Origin: Gammaproteobacteria bacterium
GTDB lineage: Bacteria > Pseudomonadota > Gammaproteobacteria > JAUZRS01
Length of the DNA: 52,209 bases
Reading direction: 5' to 3'
Assembly: GCA_030950195.1 (NCBI GenBank)
Contig: JAUZRS010000251.1
Coordinates: 1-52,209 of the forward strand
Part shown: piece after piece, positions 9,387-18,096 of the stretch
How the letters are laid out: each line of letters starts with the position of its first letter
Numbering within the stretch: the first letter of the stretch is position 1
Notes under the pieces: model-generated
Told to the model about the DNA's origin: nothing
The model's database searches: none
Seen by the model: only the letters and a program-made list of their open reading frames with translations
Translations under genes and position numbers: made by a program

Positions 9387-9935
9387 ACTTCCGACTTAGT
9401 AGTCAAAAACGTCAACAATACCCATCTGTTTTTATCGGCATTGGATCAAGGAGAGGTGTGTGACTTAATCTTGCTGGATATGCACCCGCCGAAGATGGAC
9501 GCTCTCAGTCTGTTGCAAGTGTTAAAAGAGCGAGAAAATAAAACACCTGCACTTATTTTATCCTCCACGGATAACATAAAAATTATTCAGTAAGCCTTAA
9601 TTCAAAGTGCGGTGGGGTTTGTCTCAAAAACCTATAGTTGCATAGCCTTACTCGCCGTTATCAAGCAGGTGATGCAAGATAAAATCTATCTATCAAAATC
9701 GGTTAAAAAGTCGATTAGGCAGCTGAAAAAAGTCAGCTATGGTAGCTCTGATCATCAAGTTAACAATCACTTCGGTTTGGCTAAAAACAGTTAGCAGTGC
9801 TGGAACTGACCGTGAAAGGCCACGACCAACCAGCAAGTAGCCTTGGTTATGAACGTCAGTGAACATACGATTAAATCCCATCCCATAAATCCCATCCCAT
9901 CCCATTTATTACTTAATTTCCCTGTTAAGTTAGGT
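9387..9935 (+). pseudogene. Decayed NarL/FixJ(LuxR)-family response regulator
   Basis: Receiver-domain remnant ...CDLILLDMHPPKMDALSLLQVLKERENKTPALILSS...IIQ, then an in-frame TAA at 9591-9593, then ALIQSAVGFVSKTYS...VMQDKIYLS. The LuxR HTH is split over two frames (QLAVLELTVKGHD / NQQVALVMNVSEHTIKSH), with TAG 9792 and TGA 9807 and 9813 in the main frame. The N terminus is missing. Confidence 0.7.
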
Positions 9936-10143
9936 CTTGAGTTTCCTACTTTGAAAAAGGGGGCAAGGGGGATTTGCTCTTACTTGATTTTTTACTCACT
10001 ACGTAACACCCGTTAAAAAGTGAAATTTAATCAGCGCCTATGTCATCAGGATTTAAATAACGGTAAACAAAGTCATTAAATTTGCCGAGATGAAATAAAG
10101 CAGTCGCACCAAACTCAATGGATAAAACAGACAAGGAATCATC

Positions 10144-11349
10144 ATGTACCTCTCTTTAACCACATCATTAAATGTAATCTTCATCTTAATCTCTTTTTTT
10201 TCACACAGCCTTTACGCGCTGCCCATCTCATGGGGAAAAAATGACAACGGTCAACTGGGTCACAACGCCGCCGGTGGTCCTGTTCCCCATGCCATTCTTA
10301 ACTCTGACCCATTCAGCGCGATTGACCTTGGCGCTCATGCCTCCATTGCACTGAAAACAGACGGCAGCGTCTGGAGCTGGGGAGGAAACTGGCACGGCGA
10401 ATTGGGCGATGGAAGCACAACACAAAGCACTCGACCCGTACAGGTGGTCGGCCTAAACAACGTCATTGCCGTGAGCCGAGCAGCAAAAACAGATACAGTG
10501 GCCGCCCTGAAAGCCGATGGCAGTGTTTGGTGCTGGGGACGGAATCAATATGGGCAGTTAGGCAACGGCACTCAGATAGACTCACTGACCGCCATGCAAA
10601 GCAACATCTCCAATGTGATCGCCATCGCCACCGGACCTGCAGATGTTATGGCCTTAAAAAAGGACGGCACCGTTTGGGCTTGGGGAGATAATTCTTATTG
10701 GAAATTCGGCTCCACCTCTGCGCTATCTGCTGGCAGTGTTTTTCAGGTCTTGGGCATCAGCAATGTGGTCGCCATCGCCTCCGGCAGTTATCACGCCCTC
10801 TACTTAAAAGCCGATGGCAGTGTTTGGCTGTCAGGACGCATGGGCAGTGTTTCTCTCAAAAGCCCCACGCAGGTGGCCAATTTATCCCGAGTGGTTGAAA
10901 TCACTGCTGGCCAAGAGTACAGCCTTGCCCGCAAAGAGGACGGCAGTGTCTGGGCGTGGGGTGCGAATTATTATGGCAATTTGGGCGATGGCACAACCAC
11001 AGAACGCCTGGCTCCCGTTCAGATCACAGGATTGAACCAAGTGGTGGATCTGTCTGCAAACTTATTCCACTCTCTGGCTGTAAAAACCGACGGCACTGTC
11101 TGGAGCTGGGGTTCAAATACAGCCGGTCAACTCGGCCACCGTAAGGCACAACACAAAACGCCTCAACAGATCATCGGTGTATCAAAATTCAATGCCGTCG
11201 CCACGGGCGGCAATCACTCTGCGGCCTATTTGGCACAATCAGCGCTGAGCAGCCTGCCTACACCCTACCCCCTCACACGTCGTGACGATGAAGACGAGAG
11301 TGATGACGACGACAACGAAGAGGATCACGATGACCAGCAAGATGATTGA
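10144..11349 (+). CDS. Exported RCC1-repeat (beta-propeller) protein with polyacidic C-terminal tail
   Basis: Signal-like N terminus. Repeated DGSVW-WG-N-YGQLG-G units, about seven. The tail RRDDEDESDDDDNEEDHDDQQDD is almost entirely D/E. AAGGAA RBS. Confidence 0.85.
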   Translation: MYLSLTTSLNVIFILISFFSHSLYALPISWGKNDNGQLGHNAAGGPVPHAILNSDPFSAIDLGAHASIALKTDGSVWSWGGNWHGELGDGSTTQSTRPVQVVGLNNVIAVSRAAKTDTVAALKADGSVWCWGRNQYGQLGNGTQIDSLTAMQSNISNVIAIATGPADVMALKKDGTVWAWGDNSYWKFGSTSALSAGSVFQVLGISNVVAIASGSYHALYLKADGSVWLSGRMGSVSLKSPTQVANLSRVVEITAGQEYSLARKEDGSVWAWGANYYGNLGDGTTTERLAPVQITGLNQVVDLSANLFHSLAVKTDGTVWSWGSNTAGQLGHRKAQHKTPQQIIGVSKFNAVATGGNHSAAYLAQSALSSLPTPYPLTRRDDEDESDDDDNEEDHDDQQDD

Positions 11350-11429
11350 ACCTTATTTCCATCCCACCTTGATTTTTAATCTCAGGCCTTTATCCTCTAA
11401 AGGTGATTTTCAACCAACTGGGGTTCCTT

Positions 11430-12086
11430 ATGTCTTTTGCTCGATTCGCACCACTGCTGTTTCTCTGCACTTTTACTGCCCAAGCTGGAGAGTTTGACAG
11501 CGACAGCTTACCCGTTGGCATCAGCGCTGGGATGGAACAGGCGACGGTGAAACACGCAGGCAAAACCATCGTGATCAAACGCAACCCCGACAACGCCCAC
11601 ACTGTGGATGAGAACTACGCCAAAACCTCTCGCCCTTGTCCGCCCTTCTGCATTCAACCCATGACTCTGGCACCCGGAGTGGAAACCATCGGTGAGTTGG
11701 AACTGATTGACTACCTGCAACGCCTGAGCAGCGGCGATAACAACATTCTCGTTATCGACTCCCGTACCCCAGTTTGGGTCGATCTGGGCAGCGTTCCTGG
11801 TGCGATTAATATTCCATGGAAAAAACTCAGTTTGAGCCAAGGGGCTGATCCATTGAGCCTCATTGAGATTTTAGAAGAGCAGTTTAACGTCCAGCAAAAC
11901 AGTGATTTTCTCGACTTTAAAAACGCCAAAACCTTAGTGATGTTTTGCAATGGCATGTGGTGCGGCCAATCTCCCAGCAACATCAAAACCTTATTACGGC
12001 TCGGTTATCCTGCCCACAAGCTCAAATGGTATCGTGGTGGAATGCAAAACTGGAACAATCTCGGCTTAACCACCGTTAAACCGTAA
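11430..12086 (+). CDS. Exported rhodanese-domain sulfurtransferase-like protein
   Basis: Signal peptide MSFARFAPLLFLCTFTAQA. CPPFC motif. Rhodanese active-site loop FCNGMWCGQS. ATG 11430 is preferred over GTG 11403. Confidence 0.7.
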   Translation: MSFARFAPLLFLCTFTAQAGEFDSDSLPVGISAGMEQATVKHAGKTIVIKRNPDNAHTVDENYAKTSRPCPPFCIQPMTLAPGVETIGELELIDYLQRLSSGDNNILVIDSRTPVWVDLGSVPGAINIPWKKLSLSQGADPLSLIEILEEQFNVQQNSDFLDFKNAKTLVMFCNGMWCGQSPSNIKTLLRLGYPAHKLKWYRGGMQNWNNLGLTTVKP

Positions 12087-12251
12087 AATATCAACAAAAA
12101 ACCAATAAACTCAAATGATTATAAATCCACAATTCATAGGCTCTGACGGGAAATAGCAATTTCCTGTATGATGCCAACCCTCTAAGACAAACTCTACTCA
12201 GCCCTTCATGGACGAGTGGCCACAATTTTTGATTAAGGGGAAACTAAACCC

Positions 12252-12482
12252 ATGAGTGAAAGTCTTGATCCTATCGTGCTTAATATTCTGTACGCCGTTA
12301 CCGGTGGTACCTTAACCCTGCTGTTTATGTGGCTGGGCTGCAAACTCTTCAACCACATGGTCTGTTTTGACATCAGCACCGAACTGGCCAAAGGCAACAT
12401 CGCTGTCGGCATCATGTTGATGGGTATTTTTGTCGGCATTGGCACCGGCCTCGGTCTGGTCATAGGGCTTGGATTAAACTGA
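12252..12482 (+). CDS. Small two-helix membrane protein, DUF350-like
   Basis: 76 aa with two hydrophobic helices flanking FDISTELAKGNIAVG. AAGGGGA RBS. The family assignment is from memory only. Confidence 0.5.
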   Translation: MSESLDPIVLNILYAVTGGTLTLLFMWLGCKLFNHMVCFDISTELAKGNIAVGIMLMGIFVGIGTGLGLVIGLGLN

Positions 12483-12484
12483 TC

Positions 12485-13087
12485 GTGTTCAGACCTCTAC
12501 TTCTTTCCCTCTGCCTTTGCATCGGCGCAGCACCCTCGACGCTCTACGCTGCCAAGAGCATTGATCAGTGGACAACGAAGTACGACCGTTATTTTAAAAA
12601 ATACAGCAAACGTTATTTTGGACCTCACTTTAATTGGAGATGGTTTAAAGCCCAAGCCATTGCCGAATCCGGCCTCAAACCAAAAGTCAAAAGCCACGTC
12701 GGCGCACGCGGTCTGATGCAGATCATGCCTGCCACCTACGCTGAAATCCGCAGCAAAAACCGTCAGTTTCTCAATATCGAAGAACCACAGTGGAACATCG
12801 CCGCAGGAATCTATTACAACCGTGGTTTATATCGAAAATGGCGCTTGCCTACGCTCTCCAATATGGAACGTCTGTTTCTCACCTTTGCCAGTTACAACGC
12901 TGGTTATGGTCGAATTCTAAAAGCCAAACGGCGAGCTGGAGGAGAGATTAAATCATGGAAAGATGTAGAACCCTATGCGCCCACCGAGACCAAAAACTAC
13001 GTCAAACGCATTTCCAGACTGCTTAATGGCAAACGTGATAAACGCAAACGCCGCCTGCACGGCATTGAAAAATGGAACAAATCTTAA
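12485..13087 (+). CDS. Lytic transglycosylase (SLT domain), exported
   Basis: GTG start 2 nt after the previous stop. Signal peptide. SLT motifs AIAESGLKP, GLMQIMPATY and SYNAGYG. Confidence 0.8.
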   Translation: MFRPLLLSLCLCIGAAPSTLYAAKSIDQWTTKYDRYFKKYSKRYFGPHFNWRWFKAQAIAESGLKPKVKSHVGARGLMQIMPATYAEIRSKNRQFLNIEEPQWNIAAGIYYNRGLYRKWRLPTLSNMERLFLTFASYNAGYGRILKAKRRAGGEIKSWKDVEPYAPTETKNYVKRISRLLNGKRDKRKRRLHGIEKWNKS

Positions 13088-13773
13088 GGCGCTGGGATGG
13101 GCCGTGTCTGAGTAAGCAGCTTACGATAGACCCAGCCGATTTTTTGCGTACCTACAATACCCACCTTAACCCATTTTCCCTGCCGACTCAGCTCCACCAA
13201 AACCTCACCGGCCCTTAATTTAGCAATGCGTTTGTAATGTACCGCCGGTCTGCGACGAATATTAGCGGTGCGACGGGTATACACTTGGCCAGCAAACAGC
13301 TCCCCCTCCTCCTCCAACAATTCTTTCAAGCGGCCTCTGGAAGGATAGTCTCGTTGATTCAGACGTGCGCGTAAAATCGTTTGTGCATCTTCATTACCAC
13401 GGCGAGCGGCACGAGCATAATACGCCACCGCCACATCGTAATCTTGCTCACCAGAATCCCCAAATTCAAACAGCATTCCCATAGAGAACATCGCATCCAC
13501 ATGATTTTTATCCGAGGCACTTAGCCACCAACTCATCGCCTTTTCATCATTAATCGCCAAACCGTAACCATTGTGATACATCCAGCCCAAACTGTATTGA
13601 GCATCGGCATCACCTGCTTCTGCCATCGGTCGCAAAATACAGTAGGCAATGGCATAATCACCCTCACGCATGGATTTGGTGGCACGTTCATACTCACTCT
13701 CAGCCCACAACGAACCGAAATGAAAAAGAACGGAAAACAGCAACAGTGCCGCTATTATTTTACTTTTTTTCAT
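13084..13773 (-). CDS. Sel1/TPR-repeat protein with C-terminal SH3b-like domain, exported
   Basis: Signal peptide. Sel1-type repeats (DADAQYSLGWMYHNGYG, HVDAMFSMGMLFEFG). The C-terminal RRRPAVHYKRIAKLRAGEVLVEL...WVKV segment resembles bacterial SH3. Confidence 0.7.
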   Translation of the reverse strand: MKKSKIIAALLLFSVLFHFGSLWAESEYERATKSMREGDYAIAYCILRPMAEAGDADAQYSLGWMYHNGYGLAINDEKAMSWWLSASDKNHVDAMFSMGMLFEFGDSGEQDYDVAVAYYARAARRGNEDAQTILRARLNQRDYPSRGRLKELLEEEGELFAGQVYTRRTANIRRRPAVHYKRIAKLRAGEVLVELSRQGKWVKVGIVGTQKIGWVYRKLLTQTRPIPAP

Positions 13774-13964
13774 ATGATTTGACGCTTAACCCCGTTTTGT
13801 AAAGACACTCCCTCTTAGATCCCCCTGCCCACTCCCAAGCAACAGCTGAATCTAAAACATACTACAACGAGAGTCCAACAAAATAGACAAAAAACAGACA
13901 TTTGTTGCTTAAATACAACTCAACACCCTAAAAAAACAGGTTTTTTCGACCTAAAAGGCACGGC

Positions 13965-14759
13965 CTATTTTTCTGCCACCAAATAGGCAATCCAACAGGC
14001 CACATCCTCACACCGCTCACTTTCAACAAACTCATCCAAGGGTCCATCGGTTTCGGGATCAAACGCCTGTAGGTAAATTCGTGTCTTAGAAAAACCACAC
14101 TCAAGTAATAATTCACGAATTTCTTTCGCTCCCCAGAGCCGCCAACGATAAGCATACGCTTGCTCCAGACGCGAACCGTCCTCAAACTCAAAGTGGATAT
14201 AACACTGCATGTCGGCGGTGACGGGGTTGTATTCCGCCTGCTGCCAAATGTAGGTAAAGCCCTCCAGCTCGCGCACCTCTTCTTGGGTTTGATGCGCTTC
14301 AAAACCACCAAAAGAGTCTAAAAAAAACAGACCGTCTTTTTTCAAACAAGCATAAACCCGCTGAAAATAAGCCTTCATCTGCGCTCGTTCTTGAAACAGC
14401 CAATAACTGAAATTCAACGCCTGACAGATGTCCACCTTATTCGTCTCGACCGTCAAGACATCCGCACTCAAAAGTTCAATTCGCTGCTGCTCGTCAACGG
14501 ACATCTCAGCCACATTGTGGTCTTCTCCCCAAGCCAGCACCTCGGCATCAATGTCCACCGCCACCGCGCTGTGAGCGGGGTTTAACTTGACCCATTCACA
14601 GGCCGAAAGCGCCGTACCACAAAAGTCCTCGCGCAAACGGTGTGGCCAGCGACCACGCAGGGCTTTAAACGTCTCTTGAACAAACTCCAGCTCAAACTCC
14701 ACCCCCTGCACCGAACGCTGATAGAGATCGTGCCGATCTGCTCTGTCTGCCAAGCTCAT
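13965..14759 (-). CDS. Class I SAM-dependent methyltransferase
   Basis: Motif I-like LREDFCGTA and post-I AVDID, with the overall length of the family. Substrate unknown. Confidence 0.65.
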   Translation of the reverse strand: MSLADRADRHDLYQRSVQGVEFELEFVQETFKALRGRWPHRLREDFCGTALSACEWVKLNPAHSAVAVDIDAEVLAWGEDHNVAEMSVDEQQRIELLSADVLTVETNKVDICQALNFSYWLFQERAQMKAYFQRVYACLKKDGLFFLDSFGGFEAHQTQEEVRELEGFTYIWQQAEYNPVTADMQCYIHFEFEDGSRLEQAYAYRWRLWGAKEIRELLLECGFSKTRIYLQAFDPETDGPLDEFVESERCEDVACWIAYLVAEK

Positions 14760-15533
14760 TTAACTTTTAATCCCCACGCCCCGATTCAACAGACTCATGG
14801 AAGCAGAAAACAAAACCAGAATAAAAAAGCCGATAATCAAAAAGGCACTGCTCATAGAGACATCGCTGACCCCTAAAATGGCGTAACGAAAGGCGTTGAC
14901 CATATAAAAAATAGGGTTAAACAGCGAAGCGGTTTGCCAAAATTCCGGTAACAACGTGATGGAATAAAAAATACCACCCAAATAGGTCAAGGGCGTTAAA
15001 ACAAAAGTGGGGATAATAGAAATATCATCAAAACTTTTGGCAAACACCGCATTGATAAACCCCGCCAGAGAAAACAGAATCGAGGTCAACAGGGCAACAA
15101 AAATCGTCAGCGGAAAATTATTGATCTGCAAATCGGTAAAAAACAGCGTCACCAACGTCACCACCACCCCCACCAGTAGACCCCGCGCCACCCCCCCCAA
15201 AACGTAACCCAGCAAAATCAGCACATTGGGCAGAGGCGAAACCAACAGCTCCTCAATGTGGCGCTGAAACTTAGTGCTGTAAAACGAAGAAACCACATTG
15301 GCGTAGGAGTTGGTGATGATCGACATCATAATAATGCCTGGGATAATAAAATCGGTGTAGGAATAACCGTCCATATTCCCCAAGCGTTGGCCTAACAACT
15401 CACCAAAAATCAACAAATAAAGCACGGTGGTAATCGCAGGCGGTAAAATGGTCTGCATCCAAATGCGAGCAAAACGCAACACCTCTTTGATCACCAAGGT
15501 CTGTAAGGCGATCCAATAGTTCTTCCAGTTCAT
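14760..15533 (-). CDS. ABC-2 type transporter permease
   Basis: 257 aa with six hydrophobic helices. Overlaps the upstream ATPase gene by 4 nt. YadH-like architecture. Confidence 0.85.
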   Translation of the reverse strand: MNWKNYWIALQTLVIKEVLRFARIWMQTILPPAITTVLYLLIFGELLGQRLGNMDGYSYTDFIIPGIIMMSIITNSYANVVSSFYSTKFQRHIEELLVSPLPNVLILLGYVLGGVARGLLVGVVVTLVTLFFTDLQINNFPLTIFVALLTSILFSLAGFINAVFAKSFDDISIIPTFVLTPLTYLGGIFYSITLLPEFWQTASLFNPIFYMVNAFRYAILGVSDVSMSSAFLIIGFFILVLFSASMSLLNRGVGIKS

Positions 15534-16459
15534 GATTTTTCCTGTGCATTTTTATCAATCAAGCGCAAGAAAAACGCTTCCAAACGATTGCTTTTGTTTT
15601 TCATACTCAACACTTCAACACCCTTTTCAGTCAGCTCCACAAACAGGGCATTAATACTTTGACCTTTGTTCACCTCTACCTCCAAGGTACGACCATCCTC
15701 TTGACAGCGCAAAGAGAAGCCCTTTAACTCCGGCAACGAGGGCAAGGGCTGAGCAATGTTCAGCAGAAAAGTCTCTGTTTGCAGTTGCTTGAGCAGCGTT
15801 CGCACCGCCCCCTGTTCAACAATTTTACCCTGATCAATAATGGCCATATTGCGACACAAGCTCTCCGCCTCTTCTAAATAGTGAGTGGTAAGAATGATCG
15901 TCGTGCCTTGCTGATTGATCTCGCGTAAAAACGTCCACATGGCACGGCGAATTTCAATGTCCACCCCGGCAGTGGGTTCATCTAAAATCAACAATTGCGG
16001 TTCATGCACCAAGGCGCGGGCAATCATCAAGCGGCGTTTCATCCCCCCTGACAACTCACGCGCCATTGAAAAACGTTTCTCCCACAGATCCAGTTTTCTT
16101 AAAAAATATTCCGCTTTTTCATACGCCTGTTTTCGCGCAATGCCATAATAACCGGCTTGATTGACGACAATCTCCACCACCGGCTCAAACATATTAAAAT
16201 TAAACTCTTGCGGCACCAAACCGATCATGCGTTTGACCGCCATTGGCATCGCATCCAGATCTTCGCCAAACACCCGCACCGAACCGGCACTTTTATTCAC
16301 CAAGGAACAGAGAATACCAATAGCAGTGGATTTACCGGCTCCATTGGGACCGAGCAGCGCAAAAAAATCACCCTGCTCCACCTTCAGATCGACCCCTTTA
16401 AGCGCCACCACGCCGTTGGCATAAAATTTCTTTAACCCATTAATTTCAACCGCATTCAT
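15530..16459 (-). CDS. ABC transporter ATP-binding protein (ABC-2 exporter)
   Basis: Walker A GPNGAGKST, signature LSGGMKRR and Walker B LLILDEPT. Confidence 0.9.
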   Translation of the reverse strand: MNAVEINGLKKFYANGVVALKGVDLKVEQGDFFALLGPNGAGKSTAIGILCSLVNKSAGSVRVFGEDLDAMPMAVKRMIGLVPQEFNFNMFEPVVEIVVNQAGYYGIARKQAYEKAEYFLRKLDLWEKRFSMARELSGGMKRRLMIARALVHEPQLLILDEPTAGVDIEIRRAMWTFLREINQQGTTIILTTHYLEEAESLCRNMAIIDQGKIVEQGAVRTLLKQLQTETFLLNIAQPLPSLPELKGFSLRCQEDGRTLEVEVNKGQSINALFVELTEKGVEVLSMKNKSNRLEAFFLRLIDKNAQEKS

Positions 16460-16532
16460 ATTTTTTAACCAAACCTATAAAAATAGACCCACAGAGGCAG
16501 GTAACACCCACCGCTGTGGCCATCTGACAAAA

Positions 16533-16871
16533 TTACAAGGTGATAATTTGATCGGGCATATTACCCGCCAACGCCCCATACAAATTGGGGAAACAACCAA
16601 TCACCGCGCCTTCCACCAACTTATCTTCAATCTCGCGCTCTTCGCAACACTGATCACAGCCCATCAACAACATGCCTTTCTCCTTGGCCACTTTCGCCAG
16701 ACGCTCTCCAATGGGGTTGCCCTCCAGCAAGACGTAGTTGTTGTCTTCAAAAAAGAACATGCCCACCACCTCGACACCGTGTGCGTCGTCTTCCAATTGA
16801 GGCAAAATCATTTTACCCAATTTAAACGAAACAGAGTGACCTTGACTGGAAAAAATATAAGCAACTTTCAT
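16533..16871 (-). CDS. DsrE/DsrF/TusD-family-like small protein
   Basis: 112 aa. MKVAYIFSS start, VVGMFFFEDN, GMLLMGCDQC and a C-terminal DQIITL pattern resemble the DsrE fold family. Motif-level call only. Confidence 0.55.
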   Translation of the reverse strand: MKVAYIFSSQGHSVSFKLGKMILPQLEDDAHGVEVVGMFFFEDNNYVLLEGNPIGERLAKVAKEKGMLLMGCDQCCEEREIEDKLVEGAVIGCFPNLYGALAGNMPDQIITL

Positions 16872-16903
16872 GGTTTAATCCTTAGTTTATGTAGGTATTT
16901 ATT

Positions 16904-16928
16904 AAAAAACGCGCTCTTTTAGCGCGCC
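16904..16928 (-). terminator. Rho-independent terminator downstream of the mutarotase gene
   Basis: Minus strand reads GGCGCGCT-aaaag-AGCGCG followed by TTTTTT. Confidence 0.55.
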
Positions 16929-16963
16929 TCATTTAACACCAAGCTCAACACAAAGGCAAAACC

Positions 16964-17854
16964 CTAAAGTAAGCTGTAAACTACAGACAAGCTGTGGCTC
17001 TGTTGCGGCTGCACTGTAACCACGTTATCAAAAGCGTTGGCGCTCTCCACACAGAGCATTTTTCGCCAACCCTCTGCGCCCAGATCCCCCATGCGTTCGG
17101 CCTTAGTAAACCACGGATTCCACACCACAGTGGAATCGCTGCCGCTTTTTTCAATAACAATTTTACGCTTTAACCCCGGATCATGAATCACGCACGTCGC
17201 AGGGCTGTTGACGTAAACGCGATCCGTCTCACTGGCAAAACGAATCTCACCCGCGTGCGTTTGCACTTCAGCTTCCGTCACTTTGTCATGGTAACTCACC
17301 CCCTCCAGACCGCTGACCGAGACCTGCTCAATGTCGCTGATCTGAAAATAGGTGTGCAGTGCTTCACTGATGACAAAGGCTCTGTCACTCAAATTACGAC
17401 TGCTCAGATTAATCTCCAATTTTGTCCCAATGCGAAACTCCACCTGCAACAGCGTCGCATAGGGCCACCATTTCGAACCGCCATCACAGACCAGTTCCAG
17501 CAGCAACGAAACCGAACCATCATCTAACAATTGACTGCCTTTGCACGCCCAATCAGCCACACGAGCAAAACCGTGCGCAGGAAAATCAGCCTTACGTTCA
17601 TGCGGACCAAACCACGGCCAGCAGACCGGCACGCCGCCACGCATCGCTTTGCCCACAGTCGGCTGAGCCTCTTCTGACATCCAAATGACCGGCTCTGCGC
17701 CTTTGGGTATCCAGCTCAATACCTGCCCCCCTTGCAGGCTGATTTCAGCCTGCGCCTGCTCGGTATTGATCTGAGCGATTACAACTCCATCCACCTCGGC
17801 AAAAGAGAGGGCATTGGGTAAAACGTATTGCTGCATTGCTTGCATACTCGGCAT
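16964..17854 (-). CDS. D-hexose-6-phosphate mutarotase (aldose 1-epimerase family, YeaD-like)
   Basis: Aldose-epimerase-family length and motifs (GGVPVCWPWFG, HGFAR). ATG 17854 with AGAGG RBS is preferred. The track start at 17935 runs into a repeat element. Confidence 0.8.
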   Translation of the reverse strand: MPSMQAMQQYVLPNALSFAEVDGVVIAQINTEQAQAEISLQGGQVLSWIPKGAEPVIWMSEEAQPTVGKAMRGGVPVCWPWFGPHERKADFPAHGFARVADWACKGSQLLDDGSVSLLLELVCDGGSKWWPYATLLQVEFRIGTKLEINLSSRNLSDRAFVISEALHTYFQISDIEQVSVSGLEGVSYHDKVTEAEVQTHAGEIRFASETDRVYVNSPATCVIHDPGLKRKIVIEKSGSDSTVVWNPWFTKAERMGDLGAEGWRKMLCVESANAFDNVVTVQPQQSHSLSVVYSLL

Positions 17855-17890
17855 GGTAAAACCTCTGTTAAACGTTAAAAAATAAGCCAA

Positions 17891-17993
17891 TTCGTAGGTT
17901 GGGGTGATAACCCCAACATTATCAAAGCGGTGCATTGAATTTTCGTTGGGGTTTATTGGAGTTTCGTTGGGGTTCGTTCCTCACCCAACCTAC
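17891..17993. repeat. Composite REP/MITE-like intergenic repeat
   Basis: Inverted termini GTAGGTTGGGGTGA (17894-17907) and TCACCCAACCTAC (17981-17993). Internal hairpin GTTGGGG-tgataa-CCCCAAC (17898-17917). Direct repeat TTTCGTTGGGGTT at 17941 and 17962. Confidence 0.5.
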
Positions 17994-18096
17994 CCATTGG
18001 AATTCATAATATTTTTTCCTTTAACTGGCAGAGAAACTTTATACCTTTTATGATGCCGACACCTCTTCGTCACATTGTTAATCATAGGTATGGGTT

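Noticed and set aside
9876-9905. A (TCCCA)n-like microsatellite, TCCCATCCCATAAATCCCATCCCATCCCAT.
   Set aside because: It is short and imperfect and lies inside the decayed response-regulator pseudogene. It is noted only as part of that decay.
17855-17935. 27-codon N-terminal extension of the mutarotase ORF.
   Set aside because: It runs into the REP-like element and lacks an RBS. ATG 17854 has AGAGG upstream.
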